Source: Savitreella phatthalungensis
Lineage: Eukaryota
Direction: 5' to 3'
Assembly (NCBI GenBank): GCA_051599415.1
Contig: AP039697.1
Coordinates: forward strand, 248,001 to 312,000
Length of the DNA: 64,000 nt
Shown: one piece after another, positions 1 to 12,372 of the stretch
Layout of the letters: every line of letters begins with the position of its first letter
How positions within the stretch are numbered: the first letter of the stretch is position 1
Position numbers and translations under genes: made by a program
Notes under the pieces: generated by a model
What the model saw: only the letters and a program-made list of their open reading frames with translations
What the model was told of the DNA's origin: nothing
The model's database searches: none

Positions 1-809
1 AATCCGTTCAATGACCTGTATCTGATCAATTATGTTGCTTGAACGAGTTGTGACAGGTGGAAGTGGAATTCTTGGCTGTGCATTTAATGGCCAATTCAAA
101 TAAGTATTTCGTGGAGCATTCACCAATCAGATGTGGTCGAGTGAATTTAATCGATTCCGATTGATCCAAGATCCAGGATACAGGATCCAGAAGGCAAATA
201 TAAACTTAATTGCGTCTACCAAGAAGCACTCGATTGTGATTGACTCAATTATCAATATTTGAATCGTTTGATCAGAATCGTGTATGGGTCTGCATGTGTA
301 CATCACGTGCACCCTGCGTGCGTCAACTTGCTCCTATGACTGAGGACCTGAGCTTAGCATCGTATATCTGGCTTATGGTCGATATCGAGGCCTCTCAGAA
401 GGAATCACTCGTCGAGTTGGAGCTCCAGACACATCCATCGCCACTCATCTCGACTGTCAAAAGAATGAGATTAATTACTACGTGCGGCTTGCGAGTGCTG
501 AGCGGCAGGAAAGGCGACGACGAAATGAACTGCAAATGAGCTGTGAACCTGAATGATGAGAGAGACTTTGAAATGGATTGGTGTGATGGTGCAAAATGCG
601 CGGATGCTGCGGATGACGAATGAAATGTTTGCATGGCAATAGGAGGATGTCTTTGACGTAGTGAGAGGCTTCAGACGCGGCGGTTTCTCTTCAGTGGCGC
701 CTAGTATCGTATTGAGTTGGCAGAAGCGAGATTTAAGAATGGGAGAACGAGAGTTGCTGTCGAGAGCATAGACAAATAGCGCTGAGCCGCAGTGTCACGG
801 CTGATGGAA

Positions 810-3328
810 TCAATTGTACGAGCGCGAGAGATACCGTGTTGCGCGTCCAGCACCACTGACTTGATCATGCGTTTCAGAGGGTGTACGCGAGCCACCAGGC
901 CCCGTAGAGCGTGTCAGATATGTTGCTGCCTCGCGAGAGAAATCGGTCGGAAGGCGCTCACTGTGATCAGTGGCCTCGAGCTGCGATGCTAGTCGGGCAG
1001 AGTCTGATCCATCGTATCGTAGACGCTCCACCGCGAAAGCAATGCGTGCACCATAGCGACTGCCGCGCATGGAGACCATGTGCTTGCGTACTGCACAAGA
1101 CACGATTCTTCGCTGCTCGCTACTGCCGAATTGTAGAATGTGGTGGATGAGGTAGTTTCCGTACTGGTCAGAAGCGATGTCAATCAATGGTAGGCGAGGA
1201 CGCCCACGATTGTTCGCCGGGACGGTGGTGATGGCCTCCAGGTAGCGTGCGATCATGCCTGGCGCGTTAGCTTTGATGGCTTTCTCGAGTACTTTAGACG
1301 CAAATTGGTCGGTTGAGTATTCGACGGTTCTTGCAAAAACCACCTTCAGAACGTGCTCGCGGTCGGTATCTGGCCCATGTTCGATTATCTTAAGGTCAGT
1401 GAGAAGCACTGTGACAGTGAATGTGAATGTCTTACGTGTTGAATGACCCAATTGCCCCATTGCCCTCGGATGATAGCATCGACAGATTCAAGGATTTCCA
1501 GACGGCTGGGTAAAGCGTCCTCCTTCGTGCAGTTCTCAAATATGTTTTGGACAACGAGAGAGCCGGTCTCGCTCAAAGCAACGTCTTGCCAGAGCCCAGC
1601 GAGCTCGCGGTTGATGCCTTGCATGAAGACAGGGACTGGATCGTCCCATCGGATCTCGAAAAGCTTCTGCCATACATGGCAGGCGTGGCGATGCGTGATC
1701 GTCCCAGAGATGTCCTCGCTGAGTCCAGTGACGATGCGACGTTTTTGATGGTCCGAAACGTTATCGAGAGCCTTTTGTACGACGTGGCAACCAAATGCGT
1801 CACATGCAAGTGAAACGACATTCTCGCATATGATTTCGCCGAGGTCATGGATGTGCTCGGAATTACCGTGCTCGAAGCAGCGCTGGATCAGGAAGTTCCC
1901 GAATCGATTGGTGATGAGCAGAAGGACACGTGAAAAAATGGCTCTGAATATATCGTTCTTTTGCTCAGGGAGAGCCGTTTTCAGGCGCTGTTGGAGCGCC
2001 ACCGAGGCAGGTTGATCGTTTTGATTGATGACCCGCTCGACGAAGTATAGCCAAGGCGACGCAGCACCACTTACTTCAATGGTGCTTCCACCGTCCAACA
2101 CTGTTGATGCATAGTCGTATTGAGACGCCATGTCGGTCGAGCTGACGCGTGACATCTGGTCCAGATCGATTGTGAGCGCACGATGATTCGATCCAAGGGT
2201 AGAGTACGCTCCAGAAGATTCGAGTGCAGAAAAGTTGCTACCGGGCACGAATGAAGGTGAATCTGCACTCAGACTAGGAGTCATCGTTCCTCGCGTCGTT
2301 GGGAAAAACGAAATGTGTTCAATTGAAGCCGCACTGAGAGAGCTGGTGGTGCCGAACAGCTCATTCGAGGGGGAGCTTGGGGGCAAAAAGGGGCTGATAA
2401 ACGAACGAGACATTGATGGATGCGATTGCGCAGCAGGGGCAAATATGCGAGCAGCTTCAACGTTCTCAGGAGGAGGCAGAGGTGTGGTCGATCCGCGACG
2501 CGGCGGAGCAGCCGTAAGCGTGCTTTCTGGCCCCGAATGATGGGTTGGGATGTCAACAAGGCTCTGTTGGCTGAGCGCGAGTCGAAGCGAATGCATCTCT
2601 TGCTTCATGTCTGTCGAGTTAGTCCTCAATACCACGTAGTATAGGAAATTCTTACCCTCAATGCATGCAAGGCTTTCCTCCAGACGTCTGCGCAGGTCGT
2701 TGTCCTCAAGCGTAGGAGAAGACGAAATTATCTTCTTGTTCGACACAGGCGTTTGGTCTTGGAAGATCGGAAAACTCGTATTTCGGAGTGCTTGAAGCTC
2801 CTCGGAGATGCTGCGGTGAGGTGAGTGAATCGTTGGAAGCGACAGAGTTCGGGACAGGCCACGAGGACGAGTACGACGTTGTAGTGCAGCTTTCTGAGCT
2901 TCGTGCGCGGCTTGATTGACGGACACGATGTCAGGCTTGCCAACACCATTCGGTGCGGCTGGCATGATTGTCGACGAATGTGCGACCAGCTCAGTTACAT
3001 TGTTCTCCTTGTTGCAGACGAGTCGAGGAAGAGGTAAGGCAGGCGTGACGCGTTCTTTGACCGCTGGGAGGACAGTCGGCGGCGTCGAGCGCCTACCAGA
3101 GTCTTTCTCCTGCACGAGATTGTCGACATCGCCAAGGCTGACAAGCTTACGTCCGGGCGTTGACTGTAACCGGTTAGTTTGTGACACACTGACAACGAAT
3201 GCCGGACTTCCTACCGACGAGTGATCGACTTGTGTCACATCGATACTGGACTCGCATATGGTCAATCTTGCCAGAAGATCGTCAAGTGCTGAGTGCCCGC
3301 CATGATGGGTTGACAGGGGCGCTGACAT
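810..3328 (-). CDS. Pumilio/PUF-family RNA-binding protein (Mpf1/Mcp2/Puf8-like), ~808 aa, 3 exons
   Basis: C-terminal PUF repeats (ASVALQ, GNFLIQ, GCHVVQ, ACHVWQ, GSLVVQ, GNWVIQ, ASKVLE, GNYLIH). Exons 3328-2656, 2610-1436, 1388-810. Introns 2611-2655 (GTAAGA..CTAAC..CAG) and 1389-1435 (GTAAGA..CTGAC..AAG); the latter joins the two track ORFs as IQH|IIEHG. First in-frame ATG is at 3328 (the track start is TTG). Confidence 0.88.
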
Positions 3329-3673
3329 GCGATTGCTAGTCAGAGCGGAAGAGTCTTTCAATGATTGTCAGATTGACGAAGTCGAATTGTCACTATCCAC
3401 CTTATATACTGGATGCGATGTCTGCGCCGATCCATAGGGCTGGTCGGTCCTAGAACCATGGTAAGTCCAGAGTTGCGCCGCTGCATTGAGACCAATCATC
3501 AGCTGTCTAGATCTGGAGTATCTGGCATATATGGCAATGAATCGTTAGGGTGGTCATCCAATTGTGTCAGCACAGAATTCACAATTAATGCAAGGACCGC
3601 GCACATCAATAACAGACACATGGCGCGGCCCTTTTCACACGTACAAATTCATTAAGCATTTCCCTGACAAAAG

Positions 3674-5318
3674 TTATACACGCATCGAGTCAGAAATGCG
3701 TCGCTTTTTCGCCTTTGCCAGCGGCGAGGATGCGTTGTTGCCCAAGTTGCGTAGACCTGTGTGCTTTCCGTGATTTTGGGCTGATCTTTTGAGTAATGCA
3801 GCGGCCTCATATCGATTCGCCGGTGAATGAGACTGCCGTTGACCGACTAGCGGAGCTGCCGGAGTCCGTTCCGTGATGGTCTTCGATTCGGAAGAGCCGT
3901 TGATTGCCGCAGCCTTGCTTGCCAATGACGTCGACGTGCTGGAATGGTCGCCAATTTGACCATAGACCAGCATGTATGCTTGCTGCTGGAGCGCATCCTG
4001 CTCAGTAACCCGGCGCACGCTCTCGTCGTCGAATTCATGCCATTGACCGCCGGCCGACTTGCCGAATGCATAATAATGGCCGGAATTGACGCCGGAGCCT
4101 GCGTGCACAACTACTGCTTGCAAAGCATATGTCACATTGCCAACCGCCCGTCCTGGAGCCATGAACGGTGTCAGGTCGAGCTTTGCTGGATATGCCACAG
4201 CCTTGGAGATCTTGCTGCTTCGCATGGCGTATTGAAAGCGCTTGAAATGCACAATGAGTGTCCTTGGAGCATTTGATACAGTAGTCTGTTTCCGCGCATC
4301 CTGCAATGATTTGCAATGTTCGCAACGATACTTATTCTTGCCCTGTAGAGTATCGGTCGCGGTCAAGCGAGCGAGACTCTGCTGCAGGGAGCTTGTGACG
4401 TCCAATGACAAGACGAGCAATGCCTCATACGTGTTACTGGCCCGGCGACACCGTGTGCAGACGATCTGTTGTCGGAGATGACCACCAAAAACGGCGTGAA
4501 TCATGGTCGTTTGCCGAGAACGATGTTCCAGCGTTTTTGGTTGACCATGTAAGCACGAATTTTGCATTGCGTCGAGCAAGAGAATCAAGAACTCGTGCGA
4601 ATCCTCCTGGCGGCCGAGTCTGAAGCGCTTTCCTATCTCTGGGAACTTAGTCAGTCACGAGTGTCGAAGACCAGGAACTCGAACGGAGCTTACGCTTCAA
4701 GTTTCCAGCAAGTGCGGGTCGAAAAGCACGTCCTTTTGTACTGCCTTGTTTTGGATATGCTCTAGCGACATGCTCCTCGACTTTACACAAAATACAGTTG
4801 CTCATGCGACAAGTTTCGCGATGGTTTTGTGAGAGGAGGTATTGTACAAGGGGTGGCACATGCATCAATGCTTGCATGGCGGCGTTTAGGAAGCACGTGT
4901 TACCAAGATTGTGCAGACCAGGCGGTGTGAGCGCGATGCCGGAGTTCCAGGTATGACTGAGCAGAGATGAGTCGAACAAGATTTGCTTCGGCTCTGGTAG
5001 CCGATCGCCGACGGGCTCGTTCACGGTGGCCTTCGCTGAGGTCTTTGCAGGGAAAGAAGCGGGCGATGATTGCTTGCCCTTCACTGAAGGATTACCGAAC
5101 GCATCTTCTGCAGTACGCTTCGCCTTGGGCGACACGGCGATGTGTCCATTCGTCGCCGGGACCGCCCCCGCCGAATCCCCACCTGCCGTTCCGATACGTG
5201 TGCCATTGAGGCGCTGAATACGCTCGAGCGGGCTTCCGTATGGCTTCTGCGCAACAACGAACATAATCGGTTTGTTTAGGAGAGCCTCAAGAGAGTGCTG
5301 CTCCAAGGAGAGCGCCAT
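3674..5318 (-). CDS. Ubiquitin-specific protease (C19; USP36/42, Ubp16-like), ~529 aa, 2 exons
   Basis: Cys box GLHNLGNTCFLN and His box HAGSGVNSGHY...FDD. Intron 4639-4693 (GTAAGC..CTGAC..CCCAG) restores LKQIGKRFRLGRQEDSHEF. Confidence 0.9.
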
Positions 5319-7031
5319 GCAGGTACGCCTTAAGAAGCGATGACGATTATGGATGCTCTAACTTTTGTGCCTGTGCCAGGCACGTATCATTCCTCCATGC
5401 ATGTCACACAAGATCTCACTGGGCAGAGCCGGGCTACTCCACAATTGACGCGACATGCAGGACGACTGCGATTCAGACCGCGCACATTAGATTTCTGGAT
5501 GCAAGATTAATTCGCTTGTGATCTGACATATAGTAGAACGCCGGGAGAAGAATTGAGCTTAGGAGATTATCAGAACGTCAACGCCGAGTCCGGGCCACGG
5601 AGACACGGAGTCACGCGAGCCGAGGCGGCTGACTGCTTCTTTTGAATAGTTACAGAATCAATCAAAAGTGCTTCAGCGCTCGTGATACACGAGCTTGACT
5701 CGAGTACTGACATGGTCACATTAGCGCTGATACAAATGCAGGGTGGCTACGACTGCGTAGCTGAGTGACCACAAAGGAGACCGTGCCGGAGCGGTTGGGT
5801 TCTTGCTGATCGTAAAGCATCATGCTACACTGTGGACAGGCATTCGCCTGAGCCAGGACGATATTTGTGCATCTCGCAGCTCAATGCATTATATGTTTGA
5901 CGTGAATCTGCTCTACTTTGCACACTCGCCAGATGGAAGCAGGCACCGAGGTAGATACCGAGAACGAAAGCTGCATAGATATTCTATTCTTGAGGTTACA
6001 GCAGGGGCCCTATTAGAAGGCGGAGTCGGAAACATAAGGATTGACATTGGTTGACAGTTTACACATTTCAGTTGATGGGGACTTAGGAATATCATTTCAG
6101 ATTAATGGGAATACAGAGTCAAGCCCTGTGCAGTGAGATCATGGTCGCAGGATGTCAGTAACTCCGTCATCGGTTTCGACGAGGAGAATTTTTTCTCTCT
6201 TCTATTCCGCCCTTTGAATATGAATTGAATTTTTCCTATTGTTCCGTCATGTCTTCGAGTTCAGGTGAGGTCAAGTCTCACGAGACTGTCCGATTTGAAG
6301 TTGCATTTGATCCGGAATCTAATTTGTGCATCAATCTGGAGGGAGTCAGATATTGTGTTTTCGTTGCAACGGTAATCAATCTGATTGTCTGCTACCATAC
6401 GTGCTATGTATTTCTCCTCAGGTCTGTCCCTCATCCATTCCCAAGCACGGACTTAGAGCTGTAGCGGGTGGTGCGACAGCTACAGCGGAGCAGAAGCTCA
6501 AACAACTTTTCATAAGCTGAGGCAGAAGAATTCAATGCAGCTCTGGAAAGCGAGCACCCTATATCTGATATAGGCGGAAAGGATGTCGACGAAGAAGCAC
6601 GAGGGCCAGGTAAAGCAAGAGTGCATCAGAAGCACTCGGTCTCAGGACTGGCTAGCGCTGGGCCTAGCTCCCCTCAGTCCATAGCTCCCAAACCCAGATT
6701 TCGTTGAAAGAATTTCCATGTTGCAGGCCGACGGACCGATCAACCGACCAAGCTAATCAACCAACCGCTGGGGTTCTATTCTCAGTTGTGGTCATTCACA
6801 CATGCCCGCTCAATCTCTCACCGCGAGACCTTCCATTGACCCTGCCTTCTCCGTGCGTGACGGGGCCGGCCGAGTGAGACCGTCACACTAACGATGGAAA
6901 CACAATCGAACGCTCAGACACACAATCTCTCATACACAGAGCCGCAGGCAGGCCTCCGGGCATGCGAGTTCAGTAGTTCGTAGCTCAAAAGAAAGTGGAG
7001 CCTTACATCCTTTATAGCTCGATTCATAACG

Positions 7032-8408
7032 ATGAGACCATCAATTCTGCGTCAAACGACCCGCCAGATTGGCCAGGTCCGTAGCTACTCTGCCGCTAAG
7101 GGACAGTCGCTCAAGGAGACGTTTGCCAGCATCATTCCTCGCGAGCAGGAGTACGTCAAGAAGGTTCGTGCTGCCCATGGAAGCAAGAAGACCGGAGAGA
7201 CAACAGTCGACTCTGCCTACCAGGGCATGCGTGGCCTGAAGGCTATGGTCTGGGAGGGATCCGTCCTCGACTCTGAGGAGGGCATCCGTTTCCGTGGAAA
7301 GACCATCCCAGAATGCCAGGCGGAGCTCCCCAAAGCCCCGGGCGGCGAGGAACCTCTGCCTGAGGGTCTCTTCTGGCTCTTGCTGACAGGTGAGGTTCCG
7401 AGCGACGCACAGGTCAAGGCTCTGTCTGCTGAGTGGGCTGCTCGCGCCGACCTACCGAAGCACGTCGAGGAGCTGATTGACCGGTGCCCAAGCAACCTCC
7501 ACCCAATGGCACAGTTCGTTCTCGCTGTCGCTGCGCTCGAGTCTGAGTCCTCGTTCGCTCAGGCATACGCTCGTGGCATCAACAAGAAGGAGTACTGGCA
7601 CTACACCTTCGATGACTCGATGGATCTCATTGCTAAGCTGCCCAACATTGCAGGTCGCATCTACCGTAACCTGTACAAGGATGGCAAGGTCGCTGCCATC
7701 CAGTCCGACAAGGACTACTCTTACAACTTTGCCAACATCCTTGGGTTTGGCGAGAACAAGGACTTTGTCGAGCTTATGCGTCTTTACCTGACCATTCACT
7801 CTGACCACGAGGGTGGAAACGTTTCTGCCCACGCCACACACCTGGTCGGCTCAGCATTGTCGTCGCCATTCCTCTCGCTCAGCGCAGGTCTGTGTGGTCT
7901 CGCTGGACCGTTGCACGGTCTCGCCAATCAGGAGGTCCTGAAGTGGATCAAGAAGATGCAGGCTGCCATCGGTACAAATGTCGGCGAGGAGGACATCAAG
8001 AAGTACCTCTGGGACACTCTCAAGGCTGGCCAGGTTGTGCCCGGTTACGGTCACGCTGTGCTGCGCAAGACTGACCCGCGTTACACTGCTCAGCGTGAAT
8101 TTGCTCTAAAGCACCTGCCTGACGACCCGATGTTCCACCTGGTCAGCCAGGTCTACAAGGTCGCCCCTGGCGTCCTTACTGAGCACGGCAAGACTAAGAA
8201 CCCGTACCCGAACGTCGACGCTCACTCCGGTGTCCTCCTCGTTCACTACGGCCTGACCCAGGAGGACTACTACACCGTCCTCTTCGGTGTCTCCCGCGCG
8301 CTCGGTGTCCTGCCCCAGCTCATCTGGGACCGTGCTCTCGGCATGCCTTTGGAGCGCCCGAAGTCCTTCAGCACCAAGGCCTTTGAGGACATGTTCGGCA
8401 AGGTCTAA
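7032..8408 (+). CDS. CIT1: Mitochondrial citrate synthase
   Basis: [18 protein letters not shown] and PNVDAHSG motifs; Arg/Ser-rich presequence; strong codon bias of a highly expressed gene. Confidence 0.98.
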   Translation: MRPSILRQTTRQIGQVRSYSAAKGQSLKETFASIIPREQEYVKKVRAAHGSKKTGETTVDSAYQGMRGLKAMVWEGSVLDSEEGIRFRGKTIPECQAELPKAPGGEEPLPEGLFWLLLTGEVPSDAQVKALSAEWAARADLPKHVEELIDRCPSNLHPMAQFVLAVAALESESSFAQAYARGINKKEYWHYTFDDSMDLIAKLPNIAGRIYRNLYKDGKVAAIQSDKDYSYNFANILGFGENKDFVELMRLYLTIHSDHEGGNVSAHATHLVGSALSSPFLSLSAGLCGLAGPLHGLANQEVLKWIKKMQAAIGTNVGEEDIKKYLWDTLKAGQVVPGYGHAVLRKTDPRYTAQREFALKHLPDDPMFHLVSQVYKVAPGVLTEHGKTKNPYPNVDAHSGVLLVHYGLTQEDYYTVLFGVSRALGVLPQLIWDRALGMPLERPKSFSTKAFEDMFGKV

Positions 8409-8906
8409 GCTGAACTTACATACCTCGTAGCAAAACAATCCCAAACCTCTAGAATTCCAGCTTCGGATTCAATTCGAGTATCTTGTGTTAGGCTTCCACG
8501 ACATCATGTGCCGCTGTAAGTTGTGCATTGCTGCAGCGTCCATTTAGAAGCACATACCTACGACCATGTAAACTTCAACCAATTTTTCAGCTTTGCGCGC
8601 CGGTGTGATCAATATCGACCGTGGACAAATTTGGATGAAAATTTGGTCTCCATAATGTCGTCAGAAAAATCGATGTCGTGCGCGGCCACACCTACCTACA
8701 CACACTGATCGTCAACAGGAGGGTGCGCATTCTGTGCGATACTTCGCGATCTCGTGAACTTACACAACATAGAGACTCGCAAGAACGAGATCTTGCGAGC
8801 TTCGCTCGAAGCTCAAGATCGAATTGGGAAGAGCTAGTTTGAACGCCGCGCCAATTCTTGCTGCACAGGTCTGTAAAGTAGTTTGCGGCGCCCCCGCACG
8901 GCTGCT

Positions 8907-10472
8907 ATGGACGCGCCGATGCAATTGCCATGGTACTCCGCAGGTCCACTACCCCCTCGGACAAAGCGGCGGACGAAAAGACGAGCAGTTGAGCCTTCAG
9001 TACAGGATGCTGAAATCCAGACAACAGAGCAGAATGACCAGGCACGAATCTTAGCAGGATCAGAGATCACAGCAGAGCAAGTAGTCACAAAAGCGCCAGT
9101 TATAAAGACAGCGCCCAAGTCATGGTCCGAGCTGCTAAAATCCGCCACAGCAAAGAACGGCGAGGCGTCACGCAACGGGGGCAGGCATCAACTGAACGCC
9201 AGTGGGATCCAAGGATACTCATTCACGAATCTGCCTGACTTGCTTGATGGCTACGATCCATTTACTCATGCAACTTCACCCCTGATTGAGCCGCGCGGTC
9301 TAGTCAACAAAGGCAACATGTGCTTCATGAACGCAGTTCTTCAATTGCTCGTGTACTGTCCGCCATTTTACAATCTGTTCGATCGGATCGGCAGGGAGGT
9401 GCGTCAGAAGATGGATTCGAAGACGCCACTTATGGACGCAATGATCATGTTTATTCGCGAATTCAGGCTGTTGAAGACTTTGGCAGCAAGTACAGGGAAG
9501 ACTGGAGAACGGGCTATGCAGGCTGCGCTTGAACTCATCGGCGAGACCTTTGGACCTGACAACATCTACAGCAGCATGTCCGGCAATCCGAGGTTCAAAG
9601 TCATGCAGCGTGGTCATCAGGAGGATGCAGAGGAATTTTTGGGATTCCTTTTAGACGGCCTGCATGAGGAGTTTATTCAGGCGATGCGCGAAGGTGGTAA
9701 CACACTGCGCACAGTAAACAACCTGCAGGCACCATCAGAGTCGCTCTCTGCAACGAATAGCGATGCTGGCACGTCTACCGCTGCAGATGAGTGGCTCGAG
9801 GTTGGGAAGAAGAGCAAGACGTCTGTGACGCGCACAGCGGCTGTGATGCAGTCACCAATGACACGCATCTTCGGGGGCAACGTCCGATCTATCCTGAAGA
9901 TTGGTGGATCACGTGATAGCGTCACATTGGAGCCGTATCAGCCACTTCAACTCGACATTCAAGCGCCGGAAATTCGCAGCATTGTCGATGCGCTGCGCGC
10001 GCTGCCAGAACCCGAAGTGCTGTCAGATGACTGGGTAAATGGCAAAGGCCTCAAGGTCCAGGCGACTAAGCAGGTCTTCATCGAAACACTGCCACCCGTG
10101 CTCATCCTCCACCTGAAGCGATTCCTTTACGACAACGTTGGCGGTACGCAGAAGAGTTGGAAACAGGTCGGCTACCCTCTCGAGCTAGAGATTCCGAATG
10201 AAGCGATCTCGCCGAGTCGCCGAGGCAGATTGAACACGAAGTACAGGCTTCTCGGTGTTGTATATCATCATGGCCTTTCCGCATCTGGCGGTCACTACAC
10301 AGTCGACGTGCTTCGTCAGGACGGCAAGTCCTGGATTCACCTCGATGACACGACGATTGAGCCGGTAGACGAGCGCGATGTCGCTGTCGCCGAGGTCGAC
10401 GAAGAGAGACGACCATTCGTCCCGAGACCAAACAAGCTCGCCTACATCCTCATGTACGGTCAATCGGCTTGA
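8907..10472 (+). CDS. UBP3: Ubiquitin-specific protease Ubp3/USP10-like
   Basis: PRGLVNKGNMCFMN Cys box, QEDAEEFL, YHHGLSASGGHY His box, N-terminal LPWYS motif. First ATG at 8907 (the track start is TTG); the true 5' end could lie further upstream. Confidence 0.88.
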   Translation: MDAPMQLPWYSAGPLPPRTKRRTKRRAVEPSVQDAEIQTTEQNDQARILAGSEITAEQVVTKAPVIKTAPKSWSELLKSATAKNGEASRNGGRHQLNASGIQGYSFTNLPDLLDGYDPFTHATSPLIEPRGLVNKGNMCFMNAVLQLLVYCPPFYNLFDRIGREVRQKMDSKTPLMDAMIMFIREFRLLKTLAASTGKTGERAMQAALELIGETFGPDNIYSSMSGNPRFKVMQRGHQEDAEEFLGFLLDGLHEEFIQAMREGGNTLRTVNNLQAPSESLSATNSDAGTSTAADEWLEVGKKSKTSVTRTAAVMQSPMTRIFGGNVRSILKIGGSRDSVTLEPYQPLQLDIQAPEIRSIVDALRALPEPEVLSDDWVNGKGLKVQATKQVFIETLPPVLILHLKRFLYDNVGGTQKSWKQVGYPLELEIPNEAISPSRRGRLNTKYRLLGVVYHHGLSASGGHYTVDVLRQDGKSWIHLDDTTIEPVDERDVAVAEVDEERRPFVPRPNKLAYILMYGQSA

Positions 10473-11251
10473 CCGGACCATTCACGGTCAGCATTGTAAA
10501 CAGAAGAGATACGTAATTAACGAGGACGTATGATACATGCACGCACTTCTATATCTGCCGGTCAAAAGCCTTGTTGCAAGACTATCTCTTCGGAATGTGA
10601 ATGACGACATTGTGTCGATGATCTTAGAACTGGAATGGGGAAGGGGTTCTCATGATTGACCGCTTGCAGTGCTTCCAAAGACTTTTCTCGTAATGAGATG
10701 CTTGACGAGCTTCTTGAATACGTGCATTCAACCAGCTAAACGCCGTGTTCAAGCCTCTATCTTCATGCATCATGCTCCGGCCGCACTGAGAAGACCTGAT
10801 CTACCGCGGGCCAGAGCCCAGGTAAATATAATCCATACAGCCTCGTGCTGTTTTCCATCGGGAAAATTGTTTCGAGTACGTCTGATCATCCTCAATATAT
10901 GTATGCATGACCAGATGAATTGTAAGCTCAATTAAATTTAGCTCTAGACCGGGCTTAAAAACCACCTGTCTAAATCTAATAAAACATGTCTTACACGAAA
11001 CAAGCACGTACCAGACCAGACGTCTTGCCAATAAACACCAACCGGCACGTTGACATTCAGAGTCAACAGCAACCTAAGGCCTTCAGGTTTGCAAAGCGCC
11101 ATCTTCAGGCTGTATCGTTAAGGGATCGACGCTCGTCTTCCAGGAATTGCTATCCGTGTGAGGCAACCTCAGCCGCGGAAGCCCTCTGAAGGAATCCCCA
11201 TACTGGAATTTGTAAGGTCGCACAAGACGCGACCTTTGGAGCGCGCTTGAT

Positions 11252-12372
11252 ATGGAGCGCTGTAAGTTGACCTTCGACTTATCTAAGCGAAGCACATCCA
11301 AGACTGACCAAACAGACCAGAAGATAGAGAAGGTCGGCGAGGGAACTTACGGCGTCGTGTACAAAGCACGCGATTTACAAGATGGCGGGAATATCGTCGC
11401 CTTGAAAAAGATCCGGCTCGAAGATGAGGCAGAAGGCGTTCCATCGACCGCCATCCGCGAGATTTCGCTGCTCAAGGAAGTCAACGATGGCACAAATCGG
11501 TCAAATTGCGTTAAGTAAGTCGCACTGCACCAATGGTCGATGCCTGTCTTGAACAGCACTAACCAATTAGACTTCTCGACATTGTCCACGCAGAATCAAA
11601 GCTCTACCTTGTCTTTGAATTCCTCGACCTCGACCTGAAGAAGTACATGGACAAGCTACCGGAAGATGGCCCAGGCTCTTTGCTAGAGCCTGAGCTCGTC
11701 AAGAAGTTCACATTGCAGCTCATTCAAGGTGTGCACTACTGTCACGCGCACCGCATCATACACCGTGATCTGAAGCCACAGAACTTGCTTATCGACAAGG
11801 AAGGCAATCTGAAATTGGCCGACTTCGGTCTCGCTCGAGCGTTCGGCGTTCCTTTGCGTAACTACACCCACGAGATCGTAACTCTGTGGTACCGCGCGCC
11901 GGAAGTGCTTTTGGGCTCACGACACTACTCGACTGGCGTGGACATGTGGTCCGTCGGTTGTATCTTTGCGGAAATGGCCTTGAGGAAGCCCTTGTTCCCT
12001 GGAGACAGTGAGATTGACGAGATTTTCCGGATCTTCCGGACACTTGGTACACCGACGGACAGTACCTGGCCAGGCGTCGCACAGCTGCCAGATTACAAGA
12101 CGACTTTCCCTCAATGGCGTCGAAAGGAGCTTGAAGAAGTGGTCCCGATGCTGGACAATGCAGGAATCGATATGCTCGCGAAGACTCTAGTCTACGACCC
12201 ATCACGCCGCATTTCCGCAAAGAGATGTCTCTCACATCCTTACTTTACCGGGGGCGCCGGTGTAGGTGGCACGGACTTTACACAAGCCGACTCGCCACAC
12301 AGCGGCATCGGCAGTAGAAGCGTCTCGAACGCGAGCACGGCGCCATCACGGAACGGTGTCGGCGTCTACTGA
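11252..12372 (+). CDS. cdc2: Cyclin-dependent kinase 1 (Cdc2/Cdc28), ~336 aa, 3 exons
   Basis: [24 protein letters not shown] and T-loop YTHE. Exons 11252-11261, 11316-11514, 11571-12372; introns 11262-11315 and 11515-11570 have GTAAGT donors and CTGAC/CTAAC branch points. Confidence 0.97.

Noticed and set aside
553..660. ATGATGA box C-like motif (also near 12663)
   Set aside because: No appropriately placed CTGA box D or terminal stem.
5400..6950. Short ORFs and an intron-like element (minus strand, 6336-6400) in the USP/CIT1 intergenic region
   Set aside because: Splicing it gives an immediate stop in the best frame, and no coherent gene model could be built.
8404..8430. SKL encoded in a shifted frame across the CIT1 stop (cryptic PTS1?)
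   Set aside because: SKL is not terminal in that frame (SKLNLHTS*), the stop context is TAA-G, and no suitable splice site is visible.
7217..8444. Long antisense and alternate-frame ORFs over CIT1 (and similarly over ERG4, MES1 and the kinases)
   Set aside because: Explained by codon bias and GC content of the real genes; no motifs.
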